64,000 nt of DNA from Phaeosaccion multiseriatum (lineage: Eukaryota; Protista; Ochrophyta, other classes), in NCBI GenBank assembly GCA_965112735.1, contig OZ218959.1, positions 1,426,001 through 1,490,000 of the forward strand, read 5' to 3'. The notes below the pieces were generated by a model that saw nothing but the letters and a program-made list of their open reading frames with translations, had not been told where the DNA came from and ran no database searches. Shown piece by piece: positions 30,601-42,726 of this stretch (positions are counted from its first letter, which is position 1; every line of letters starts with the position of its first letter). The position numbers and the translations under genes were made by a program.

Positions 30601-33538
30601 CCCCGGTACTGCTACTGCTGCTAATGTATCACCAACTGCTTCACCTTAGGCGGACGTGTCAGGCAGTGCGGACGCGATAGAGCAGCGCATTCTGTACGCC
30701 AACCCTCTGCTCGAAGGTGAGGATGGCAGTGGATGGGTGGGGCAGGCGGACACACAGGAGCGAGGGAGGGAGGGAGTAGCAGTGACCCACTCACGCACTC
30801 ACTCACCCACCCACCCACTCACTCACTCACTCACTCACTCACTCACTCACTGACGCACTAACTGCACGCAGTCACTCACTCACCCACTCACCCACTCACT
30901 CACTCACTCACTGACTGACTGCCAGGCTTCGGAAACGCCAAGACGCTCCGGAACAATAACTCCTCTCGCTTCGGCAGATGGACCGAGATCCACTTCTCCG
31001 GCAGCAACCAGGTACTGCAGTATACTGTAGTGTGCTCAATTAATGGAGGTGCAGGGGCATTAATGGAGGTGCAGGGGCATTAATGGAGGTGCAGGGGCAT
31101 TAATGGAGGTGCAGGGTCATTAATGGAGGTGGAGAGGACCGACCTCCATCCTCCTCTTCACACGGACCTCTTCACATGGACCGGCCACAGCAGAATTACT
31201 TGACTCACCCCCCCCCCTCTCTACCTCTCTATCTCTCTCGTCTCTCTCACGCCCCTCTCTTCCTCTCTCTCTCTCTCTCTCTCTCTCCCATCTCTCTCCC
31301 ACGAAAACGTGTCTCTCTGTCTCTTTCACAGATCTCAAGTGCCCGCATAGAAAACTATTTGCTCGAGAAGCAAAGAGTCGTGGCTCAGGTAAGCACGAAC
31401 CCACACTTGCTCCCATTGACACACTTGCTCCCATTGACATATGGTTGTCCTATTTACTTGCTGGCCTCCTATTTACTTGCTGGCCCATTGACTTGTCACA
31501 CGCAGAGAAGAATGAGACTCCTTACACATATACTTTCTCTCTCACTCACTCACTCACCCACATCCCCACTCATTCACCCACCTCCCCACCCACCCACTCA
31601 CTCACCCACTCACTCACCCACTCACTCACACACCTACTCACTCACTCACCCACTCACTCACCCACCTCCCCACTCATTCACCCACCTCCCCACCCACCCA
31701 CTCCCTCACTCACTCACTCACCCACTCACTCGCTCACTCACTCACTCTCTCACCCACTCACTCACTCGCTCACTCACTCACTCACTCACCCACTCACTCA
31801 CCCACATCCCCACTCATTCACCCACCTCCCCACCCACCCACTCCCTCACTCACTCACTCACCCACTCACTCACTCACTCACCCACTCACTCACTCACTCA
31901 CTCACTCCCTCACTCACTCACTCCCTCACTCACCCACTCACTCACTCACTCACTCACCCACTCCCTCACTCACTCACCCACTCACTCACTCACCCACCCA
32001 CTCACTCACTCACTCACTCACTCACCCACTCACTCACCCACATCCCCACTCATTCACCCACCTCCCCACCCACCCACTCCCTCACTCACTCACTCACTCA
32101 CTCACCCACTCACTCACTCACTCACTCACCCACTCACTCACTCACTCACTCACAGGCTCGGGGGGAGAGGAACTTCCACATCTTTTACCAACTCTGTGCG
32201 AGTGACTCCGCTGCGGCACTGGGGCTTGACAGTGCCTCCCCCAGTCACATGCGATATCTCGCGGGCAGCGGGTGCACCACAGCGGAAGGGGTGGACGATA
32301 GGGCAGACTTCCTGGAGTGTGAAGTGGTGAGAGTGGGGAGGGGAGGGGAAGGGAAGGGAAGGGAGGGGAGGGGAGGGGAGGGGAGGGAGGGGAGGGAGGA
32401 GGGATGGGAGGGCAGGGAAGGAGGGAGCGAGGGTAGAGAAAGGCGGGAAATGGTAACATCCTCCTCCTCCTCCTCCTCCTCGTCCTCCTCCTTGTGCTCT
32501 TACACAAGACATCTAAGCCGTTTACCCATCTTCTCCCCTCCCCCTCCCCCCCCCCCCCTGTGCCCCCACCCCACCTTCCCTCAGGCCTTTGATCAGCTGG
32601 GCTTCTCCGCGGAGGAGAAGAGCTACGCCTACAGCATAGTGGCCGCTGTGCTGCACCTCGGCAACATCGCTTTTGAGCCGTTTAGTGACAGCGCGGGTAG
32701 CGAGGGGAGCTCCATCTCGGAGGGGGCAGGGGGAGGGGGGTTGCAGAGTCTGGAGAACGCCGCTGCGCTTCTGGGGGTGGATGCTTTGGATATGGCCAAG
32801 AGTATGACCACTCGCTCCATAGGTACGTACGTAATGTTTTATGTAAGGTTATGTGATGTTACTTGGCATTGAACACTCGCTTCTCGCTTCATTGGGGTAC
32901 GACGTTCTTGCATCATTTCTTGCTGATTCGTACTCTGACGTCGTGTTGAGCTCGACTCACCCCACCCCATGTCCCACACCCCCTCTCGCACACACACGCA
33001 CACACGCATGCACACACACGCACACACACACGCACACACATGCACACACGCACACGCATGCACACACACGCACACAAATGCACACACATGCACACACACA
33101 CACACGCACACACATGCACACACACGCACACACATGCACACACACGCACACACATGCACACACATGCACACAAAGACATTCGTGGCGACATTACCATTGC
33201 TCTGAACCGCCCCGAGCAGGCCAGAGACGTCGCAGATGCACTCGCCAAGGCCGCGTATGACCACATGTTCGACTGGCTGGTCGGGCGGATCAATCTCAGT
33301 GTAGGGGGGGGGAGCCAACACCACTATGATAAGTTTATCGGGGTGCTCGACATTTTCGGTTTCGAGATTTTCGAGAAGAATTACTTTGAGCAGTTGTGCA
33401 TCAACTACACCAACGAGAAGCTGCAGCAGCACTTCAACAAGCATACGTTTAAGGAAGAGGAGGACGTATATAAGTCAGAGCAGGTGCGTGTATGTGTTTG
33501 TGTGGGCGGGGGGGTGTGCGTGTGTGTGTCCATATGCC

Positions 33539-33569
<31 letters not shown>

Positions 33570-36500
33570 GGAGAGAGGTGTGTCTGTCTGGCTAACTGTC
33601 TTGCATGCCTTCAATTAGAATATCTACCCACCTCTCAATCCATCAACCTGGCTGACTGACCCCCCCCCCCTCTGTCCTCGCTCCCTCACTCCCTCCCTCC
33701 CTCCCTCCCCTCCCCCCCCGTATCACCAACAGGTGTCCTATGAACACGTGGACTTTATCGACAATCAGCCTGTTGTAGACCTCATTGAGCTCAAGCCCTA
33801 CGGCCTCATGCCTCTGCTGGACGAGGAGGTCAAGGTAAGGAGGACGAGGAGGAGGCGCGGGAGGAGGAGGAGGAGGAGGAGGAGGAGGAGGAGGAGGAGA
33901 GGGAAGGTAGAGCGGGAGGGAGGGAGATAAAGGACACAAGAGAAAGCGAGAGGAGGGAGAAAGAGGGAGGGACGTCATTCGACCGTCGACTCGCGCCCAA
34001 CGACATGGATGCCACTGATGCAGGCTCCCCCCTCCCTCCCTCCTCTGCTAACCCCGTGTTAACTCATCTCATCTCAGGTACCCAAGGGGAACGACTTGGC
34101 CTGGCTCGGCAAGTGTAGAGGCCACAACAAAGACCATGCCTGCTTACCCACCGGCGGCTCCTCCGGCAGTGGCATGACCTTCGTCCTTGTGCACTATGCA
34201 GGACAGGTCAAGTACGATTGTGGAGGCTTTGTGGACACCAACAGGGACTCGCTCTTTAGGGACGCGTATGACTTACTCGCGGGTAAGGGAGGGAGGGAGG
34301 GAGGGAGGGAGGGAGGGAGGGAGGGAGGAGGGAGGGAGGGAGGGAGGGAGGGAGGGAGGAGGGAGGGAGGGAGGGAGGGAGGGAGGGAGGGAGGGAGGGA
34401 GGGGGTGCAGGGAGCGGGTGGGGGGAGGGAGGATGGTGTGTAGTTACGTGAGGAATTGGGTGGTTTAGTGTGAGTATACACCCCTCCTCCATCTATCTAT
34501 CCATCCATCCACTGCCATCCTCCCCTTCTTCTTATCCTCCCATCCACTGCCATCCACTGCCGTCATCCCCTCTCTCTTCACAGGCGGCGGCAGCCAGCAG
34601 CTCCCCGGCAGCAGCAGCGCTATTACTCGCATGCTCTTCCCGCCTAAGGACGCCAACCCACGAAGAACCACCACGTTAGGGTGAGTGGGTGGGTGGGTGG
34701 GTGGATTGGTGGGTGAGGGAGTGGGTGAGAGAGTGGGTGAGGGAGTGAGAGGGTTAGGGGGTGAGTGAGTGGGTGGGTGAGAGAGTGAGGGATTGAGTGA
34801 GCGAGAGAGTGAAAGATGTTCTGTATGTATGCCTTACACTGTGTTTGTGTGCCTGTGTATGTGTGTATGTTTGTATGTATGTATGAATGTGTGTATGTAT
34901 TTGTGTATGTATTTGTGTGCGTATGTAAATTGTATGATGTACACTGCGTTTGTATGCCGGTGTTTGTATGTATATATGTTTTTTTGTGCCTGTGTATGTA
35001 TGCCTGACGTTATGTATGTATGCCTGTATGCCTGTTGCGTGCCATTTGTGAACAGGGAAAAGTTCCGCAAGGCGCTGTCTTCCCTCATGGACACAGTGGA
35101 TCGCTGTGAGCCATGGTACATCCGTTGCATCAAGCCCAACGACGGTGAGAGGGGAGGGGAGGTGAATGGATGGATGGATGGCAGTGGATAGATGGCAGCA
35201 GAGGGGAGAAGGGAGAGGGTAGGAGATGGGGGGTAAGGAGGGAGGGGCAAGGCCTCCTGGTCGGTAGGGTAGACTCACTACTAACTTCTCTCCTCCCCCG
35301 CCTCCCCCCAGCCAAGCGCGCCAACACGTTCGACAGCAAGATGTGTACGGAGCAACTCACATATGCCGGAGTATTCGAGGCCGTCAAGATCAGAAAGACG
35401 GTAAGTCAGCACGGAAGTCAGTTAAGTAGGTCAGACGTAATTGTTGTAAATTAAGTCAGAAAGTGTGCGTACTTGCGCGGATAGTGATGCTGTAAGCCGA
35501 CTTGATGGTTGACGAACGCTCTCTTGTTTCACAAGGCATACAGAGCCAAGGACAGCCTTCTTCGTCAATGTATCTCTCTCTCTGATACATTGCCACCTTA
35601 GCAAGTCTTCCTCCCCTCCCTCCCTCCCCCCACACACACCCCAGGGCTATCCCTTCCGCCTCACGCACGCCCGCTTCGCCAACCGCTACCGCTGCCTGGC
35701 GTTCAAAGAGTCGGGATGGAATCAAGACATCGTGCAGATGGCAGCCAATGCCAGGCACACGGGGGATTTCAAGCCCATGTGTGCGGCGTTGCTGAGGTGA
35801 GAAGGATGGAGAGGGGGAGGGGGGGGAGGAAGGGAAGGGAGGGGAGGGGAGGGGGAAAGGGAGGGAGGGAGAGGGAGGGGCGGAAGGAGGGAAGCAGGGG
35901 AGGGGAGGAAGGGAGGAAGGGAGGAAGGGTGGGGAGAAGCGGAGGGAGGGAGAGAGGAAGGGATGGGAGAGAGGAAGGGGAGGGCACGCCCACCCGCACG
36001 TACATGCACCCCGCCCACCCACCCATCCACCATTGACATACTACACCCACCCATCCACCATTGACATACTACACCCACCCATCCACCAACCCCACCAACG
36101 TACCCAGCCGCACTACCCACGAACCCACCCACCATTGACATACTACACCCACCCACCCCTTTGGTGAATGTGATGATACGATACGGTGGCATACACGCCT
36201 CTCCTCAGATGTGTTGCACAAGACTTCAGCCGCGTGCAGGAGGGGTTGAGCATGATTCTCTACCGCGCTGAGGAGCACCGAGTGTTGGAGGTGAGAGTGC
36301 CGCTTGGCTTCGGTGATGATGATTGCTTCGACCCGCACTATCGACCCGCACTATCGACACGCAGTTTCGACACGCAGTTTCGACACGCAGTTTCGACTCG
36401 AATATCTTACACCTTGGCAGTAGGGCACCCAGTATGTATGGAACAAGCCATTGGCAACGCAATGTCGAACCCACTAACTCGTCCCTCGCCCTCTTCCTTT

Positions 36501-39500
36501 TGATCTTTCTCTCTCTCTCTCTCTCTCTCTATGTGTGTGTGTGTATTACCACTGCCTACCCCGCTCTCCGCTCCCCACTCCCAACCCCTGTCCCTGGCCC
36601 CTCTCCTCTCTCTCTCTCTCACCGTATCACCAACCCGCTTACCTCAGCTGCTGCGCAACCTGTGCCTGGAGCGCGTCCTCCCTGTGGCCCAGCGCATGGC
36701 CCGCATCAAGCTTGGCAGGAAGTTCCGGAGGTAAGGGTGTATGGGCAGGCAGGCAGATAGGCAGGCAGGCAGGTATATGGGTAGGCAGGCATATGGGCAG
36801 ACAGGCAGGTAGATGGGCAGGCATGTGATGTGCTCGTACGTAACCCTCATTCACTCACTCCCTCACCCACTCCCTCACGCACTCGCCCACTCCCTCACTC
36901 ACTCACCCACTCCCTCACTCACTCACCCACTCCCTCACTCCCTCACTCACTCCCTCACTCACTCACCCACCCACTTCCTCCCTGCTCAATCACTGACTTG
37001 CTCCCTTCTAGATACATGAAGGAAGCGAAGGCCATTTGCGCGCAAGCTCTCCGCGACGGGGCGGGGGGGGACGCAGCGCAGCTAGAGGTACGTACGTGTG
37101 TACTTATGTGTGTACTTATGTAGTGATGGGATAATTAGTGTGGTGAGTGTCAGGACAAAGTGAATGAGGGAGTGAGGTGGTATCAGTTGTCAGGGCTCCA
37201 CCCACGCACCCACTCCCTCCCTCCCTCCCCTTGGATGGATGTGTACGCTAAAGGCGGCCATCGCTCGAGCCGAGGCCTGCACAGCCCCTGTAAAGGCGTG
37301 CTTCACTTGGGAGCCTTCCTCTATGCGGCAGTGCCGAGACATGCTCTTCGCACTGAAGGAGAGGGAGCAGCTCATGGGCCTGCTTGGGCCTCTGTGCGAC
37401 AGGGTGGAGAGGGACATGCACAGGTTAGTAGTAAGTCAATGGGTGGTAGTAAGTCAATGGGTTGGTGGGGAGTAGTAAGTCAGTGGGTGGGTGGATGGAG
37501 ACGAAGGGAGTGGGTGGGCAGGAGAGGAGAAGTTATCACTCTCTTAGTATTGTTGCGAAGAGAAGAATGGGCCGTTTTGGTTTTATTTCCTCTTCGTGCG
37601 CTTCTTTACGCATAGCCACCTTTCCCTCTCTCTCCCTCCCTCTCTCTCTCTCCCTCCCTCTCTCTCTCTCTCTATGTGTGTGTGTGCGTGTACGTGCATT
37701 CATAGCGCCGGGCCCGGCGGTATCTCATGCTACGGAGAACTTCGATCCACCGTGCAGCGCTGCAACAAGATCAGGCACATCCCCGGCACCGCACAGGCCA
37801 TGGCGCTAGAGGAGAGGGCCCGGCAGCTACTGCATCAGGTATATGGGCAGGAAGATGGGCAGGCATATGGGCAGGCATTAGGCAGGAACATGGGCGAGCA
37901 TTATGGGCAGGCAGATCCCTCCTGCCTTTCCGTCCCTCCCCGTGCTCTTTCTGTTTCAAACAACCCCCCCCTCCCCTCCCCTCCCTCCCTCCCTCCCTCC
38001 CCCTCATCCCTCCCTCCCTCCCTCCCTCCCTCCCTCCCCTCCCTTCCCAATCAGGCTGCGGCGGCGAAGATCGACCCCATCGCTCGTGAGGCCCTCTCTC
38101 TCGTAGAGGTGCGGATGATGAAAGACATCTCCGAGGAGGCCAGGGGGGTGGAGTACGTCAGCCCGGAAATCAACTCCATTCGAGAGAAACTCGCCTTACC
38201 GGAGGAGGAGCTTGTGAAGCTGCAGCTTGAGGCCGCCAAGGCCATGAACGACCCGGAGAGGGTGAGTGGGGAAGGAAGGAAGGGAGGGAGGGAGGGAGTG
38301 AAGGAGGGAAGGAAGGAAGGGAGGGAGGGAGGGAGGGAGGAAGGAAGGAAGGAAGGAAGGAAGGGAGGGAGGGAGGGAGGGAGGGAGGGAGGGAGGGAGG
38401 GAAGGAGTGAAGGAGGGGGTGTGTGGGTGGGTCGGTGGGGTGGGTGAGAGGGTAGGTGAGTGGTTGGGTGAGTGGGTGGGTGAGTGGGTGGGTGCATGGG
38501 TGGATTTACTGACATGAAAACTATTGCACTCGCCATCCTCCCTATACATCTCAACCCCCCCCACACACAATCTAACCTTATCAACCAACCCATCCATCCA
38601 CCCCCCCCACACCTGCCCATCCACCCACCTAACCAACCCACCCACCCACCCACCCATCCCCCCACCCCTGTATCACCAACACACCCAGGTGATCAATCGT
38701 GAGATCAAGCTCAAAGAGATGTACCTTGACGCCAACGGATCTCTCTACGACCTCCCCTCGCTGCCCTCCCTGCGCGACCCGAACGAGTGGGCCAATCTCA
38801 AGCCACTCAAGACCATGACCTTCTCCAAGAAGAAGAAGGACGCCCTAGCTGCCTCCTTCCTCGTGCACACAACGGATCCCATCCACAAGGTCATGTGTTT
38901 TGTCTCGCTTACTCAACTCGCTCACTCACGAACTCACTCTCTCACTCACTCATTTCGCTGGCCCACTCACTCACTCATTCATTTTGCTTGCTCACTCACT
39001 CACCCACTCAATCACACACTCACTCACTCACTCCGTCCCCTCCCTCCTCCCTCCCTCCCTCCCTCCCTCTCTCCCTTCTTCCCTTCCCTCCCTGGCTCTC
39101 TCCCTCCCCCCTCCCCAGGCCGTGACATCGGTGTGCGGTGTGCATGGGGCCGCTGTAAAGGCCTTCAAGAACCTTCTCGGGTACTGTGGTGATCGCAAGT
39201 ACCAATACCCGGACACGGCCATCAGGCAAGTACCAAAGCCGAGACACACGGCTATCAGATTATGAATGCGTCATGAATGTATCATTCTCATGTTGAATTG
39301 GTTGGTTGGTTGGTTGGTTGGTTGGGTGGGTGGTTGGTCGGTTGGTTGGTTGGTTGGTCGGTCGGTCGGTCGGTTGGTTGGTTGGTCGGTCGATTGGTTG
39401 TCTGATACTCGACTCGATGGGTGTTCGCTTTTGTGCTTGTGCCCCCCCTCGCGACTCCACCCAACCCAACCCAACCCAACCTAACTCAACCCAACCCAAC

Positions 39501-41427
39501 CCAACCCAACCCAACCCAACCCAACCCAACCCAACCCAACCCAACCCAACCTAACTCAACCCAACTCACCCCAACCCCCAACCTCTGCACCTGTCAGAGA
39601 GATTGTGAAGGCAGGGCTTGAGGACACCGACGGGGATGGTGGCCTACGCAGTGAGCTCTACGTGCAGGTCAGTTGCAGTTTCAGTTTTTTTTTATTGTTA
39701 GATTTGTATCCAATGATACCAGAAGCGCGATCCAACCGTCAATATCGACATCGAAGGCGGCTGAAGCAACTGCTGCGCCTCAACTCCCCCCACCCCTCAC
39801 TCCTCACCCCTCACTCCTCACCCCTCACCCCTCACTCCTCACCCCCTCACTCCCTCACCTCCTCACCCCTCATCCCGCACCCCGTCACTCCTCACCCCTC
39901 ACCTCCTCACCCCTCTAAGCCCTCACCCCTCACCCCCCACCCACCCCCTCCTTAACCTCCGACCCCCTCACCCTTGCCCATGGATGCATGAATGGTATAA
40001 CCATGCAGGTGATGAAGCAGCTCCGCTCCAACCCCTCCCCCCCGTCCGTGGAGCGCGGCTGGGAGGTGATGATGCTGCTTCTGAGCTGCTTCCCGCCCCC
40101 CAAGGAGCTCGAGAACTATGTTCATTACTTTGTGCGAACCAACGCCCCTGAGGAGACAAGGTGAGTGGGTAATAAGTCAATCGGTGGGTTGGTGCCGGTC
40201 TGTCTGCCTGACCGAGTGACTGACACTGCCTGACTGCCATTCCTTTGTTCCTTCCCTCCCTCCCTCCCTCCCTCCCTCCCTTCCCTCCCCACCTCCCTCC
40301 CTCCTTCCCTTCTCTCCATCCCTCCCTCCCTCCCTCCCTCCTTCCCTTCCCTTCCGTCCCTCCCTCCCTCCCTCCTTCCCTTCCCTTCCCTCCGTCCCTC
40401 CATCCCTCCCTCCTTCCCTTCCCTTCCCTCCATCCCTCCATCCCTCCCTCCTTCCCTTCCGTCCCTCCCTCCCTCCCTCCCTCCTCTCCTCTCCTTCCCT
40501 CCGTCCCTCCGTCCCTCCCTCACACAGAGAGAAGCTCGGTCTGGCCGTCCACATGAGCGTCCACGACGGCGCCAAACCGTCGGTGCCGAGCGACAAAGAC
40601 ATCCCCGGCATCCTCTCGGCCTTCTTTAACAGAGAGGTGACTGCGAGATACAATATCGATGAGGATGTCGTTACGGTCCGCCCCCCGCCCAACCCCAACA
40701 GCGCCGGGCACAGAGCTGGCTGGAACATTCAGGTGAGTGAGCGAGTGAGAGAGGGGGTGCGGGGGGTGGGCAGGTGGGAAGTCAGTGGGGAGGGGATGGA
40801 GTAAGTCAATGGGGGGGTTTGGGGGGGGGGGGTGGGTTGAAGTTGGGGTGGTGGTGAGGGGGGGGTTTGCGGGGAGGGTGGGGGATGGCAGTGGATGGGG
40901 TGGCAGAGGAGAGAGGGGGAGGACGGAGGATGAAAAGATGAAGGGGTTCTTTCTTTTCCCCCCACCACAGTCGAGGCTTGGGTCGGGCCATGAAATCGGT
41001 ATCGAGCCCCCCCCTAGCCTGCTGTATCACCAACTGCTGCTCCTCTGCCTGCCTCTGTGCCGTTCTCCCCCTCCAACTCACCCCTCACCCCTCATATTCC
41101 CAGGCGGTCGGGGGCGACAGCGGCGTTGGTGATACAGCAGTCGCAACAAGTCATGCCCCTGCCCCTGTCGCAGCAGTAGCGGCCGTCGCAGCAGTAGCAC
41201 GCCCTCTCCCTGCCATGCCGCCGCCTGCCGCCCCTGCCCTACCACCCAAGCATCCTCAAGCAAAGGTCCTGTTTGCCTACGACCCGGCAGGACAAGAGGG
41301 CATGATCGGGCTGACCGCGGGAGAGACAGTCAGCATCAAAGACAGCAGTGACGGGGACTGGTGGATGGCAGTGGATGGAGCGGGCACGGAGGGGTGGGTG
41401 CCTGCCAACTATGTGGAGCTGCTGTGA
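25515..41427 (+). CDS. Unconventional myosin: GYF_2 - WW - N-terminal SH3-like - motor - IQ - helical tail - MyTH4 - SH3; roughly 30 exons
   Basis: Exon 1 MDWYYVD...QQGP...[13 protein letters not shown] (GYF_2/DUF4339 pattern); WW: [27 protein letters not shown]; [14 protein letters not shown]; P-loop [13 protein letters not shown] (~29854-29891); switch [14 protein letters not shown]; switch [29 protein letters not shown]; YIRCIKPND; IQ-like [12 protein letters not shown]; MyTH4 [13 protein letters not shown]...[15 protein letters not shown]; SH3 AKVLFAYD...DGDWW...[12 protein letters not shown]. Confidence 0.95.
28347..29236. repeat. 24-bp pyrimidine-rich minisatellite (ttcccttgtccttgctccttgctc)n, ~37 copies, intronic
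   Basis: Direct reading; generates the four 340-440 aa repeat ORFs at 28168-29674. Confidence 0.96.
29940..30520. repeat. ~21-bp minisatellite (gtgtcaggacagaggggtg(a/g)gg)n, intronic
   Basis: Direct reading. Confidence 0.95.
31039..31130. repeat. 20-bp tandem repeat (taatggaggtgcaggggcat) x4-5, intronic
   Basis: Direct reading. Confidence 0.9.
31540..32152. repeat. (ACTC/ACCC)n microsatellite, intronic
   Basis: Direct reading; similar tracts at 30790-30910, 36850-36970 and 44466-44796. Confidence 0.93.
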
Positions 41428-41990
41428 GCCGTTGAGGGAGCGGTGAGGGGTGAGGGGTGAGAGTGAGGACGGGGGGTGAGGGGAGGGGTGAGGGACGGAG
41501 CAATGCTGCTGCAGCAGGTGGTGATAAAGCAGCGGCCAATAGTCAGTTACGAATAAAAAAAAATAAAAATGGGAAAGCATTCGTTGTGGCTATTCTTACT
41601 AAAGTCTAGTTTACGTACTACGTAGTACTTGCTACACAAGAGGGACCCCATTGGAAAAAAGCTCCTCCGGTGAGTCCTCCCTCGCCCCCTGCTTAGTCTT
41701 GCCTACCTGCTCTATATTGTACGCTAGTTTCCTGTATACGGAATCGGAATCACTCCCTCCACAAGTGTGGCCAATGATGCCACAGTAAAACACGCAAAGT
41801 ACACACACCCATCTTACTCCGTCCTTATAAACACAACACGCACACGCACACACAATACACATACAGTACCCCACCCGCGTTGAGGCCAACTAACGTGCAT
41901 GCACGCGTACGTGTGTACCCTCTCCTCCTCTATCTTCCTTGATCCTCTCAGTCAAGAAAACTGAAACCGAAAAAGTGAAACCGAAAAACA

Positions 41991-42666
41991 TCACACAAAG
42001 TCCTGCCCCACAGGCTTGGAAATACGAGACGCTGGTGACCTTGATCGGAGTCCGATTGAAGCGGATGATGACCCGTCCTCGCCTGCAGCAGCACGAGAGG
42101 GAGCTGCACCAGCCTCACCGCCCTCCTCCTTGCCAAAGCCAGTCACCACGATGTTGCTGCTGCTGCTGCTGCCCCGTGCCCCTTCCCCTCCCTGCAGCTC
42201 TGTGGCTGATGACAGCGACATGTCCAGCTGGTCCTGCTCATGTACACCCCATCCCTCGAGCCCTTCATCGCCGTCTCCCCACATCAGTCCCTTTACCTTT
42301 GCCCGGCTGAGGTAGAGGGTGACCAGGGCGGCGTACCAGGCAAAGAGGGTACCAAACTCCACCGCGTGTTCACTCTCATCCTCCGTGAGCTTGTTGGAGT
42401 GCCTCGACGCCACGCTAAAGGTGCACAAAGAGAAGGCCACTCCCGAGAAAAGGAACACAAAGCCCTGCGACGTGGTGAAGCTCATGGCAAGAAAGGAACG
42501 GGTGTTGATGTCCTGCAAGACGTAGGTGGAGAGGAAAACGAGGAAACCGAGGGTAACCGAGAGGCCAAGCTGTGTGTTGGCGTAGAGAAGAGCGGTGCAC
42601 TCTGACGCTTCTGCGGCGTTGAGGCATCCGATGCCCTCGAAGGCGAGGAAGAGCTGTAGAGGAGGC

Positions 42667-42726
<60 letters not shown>

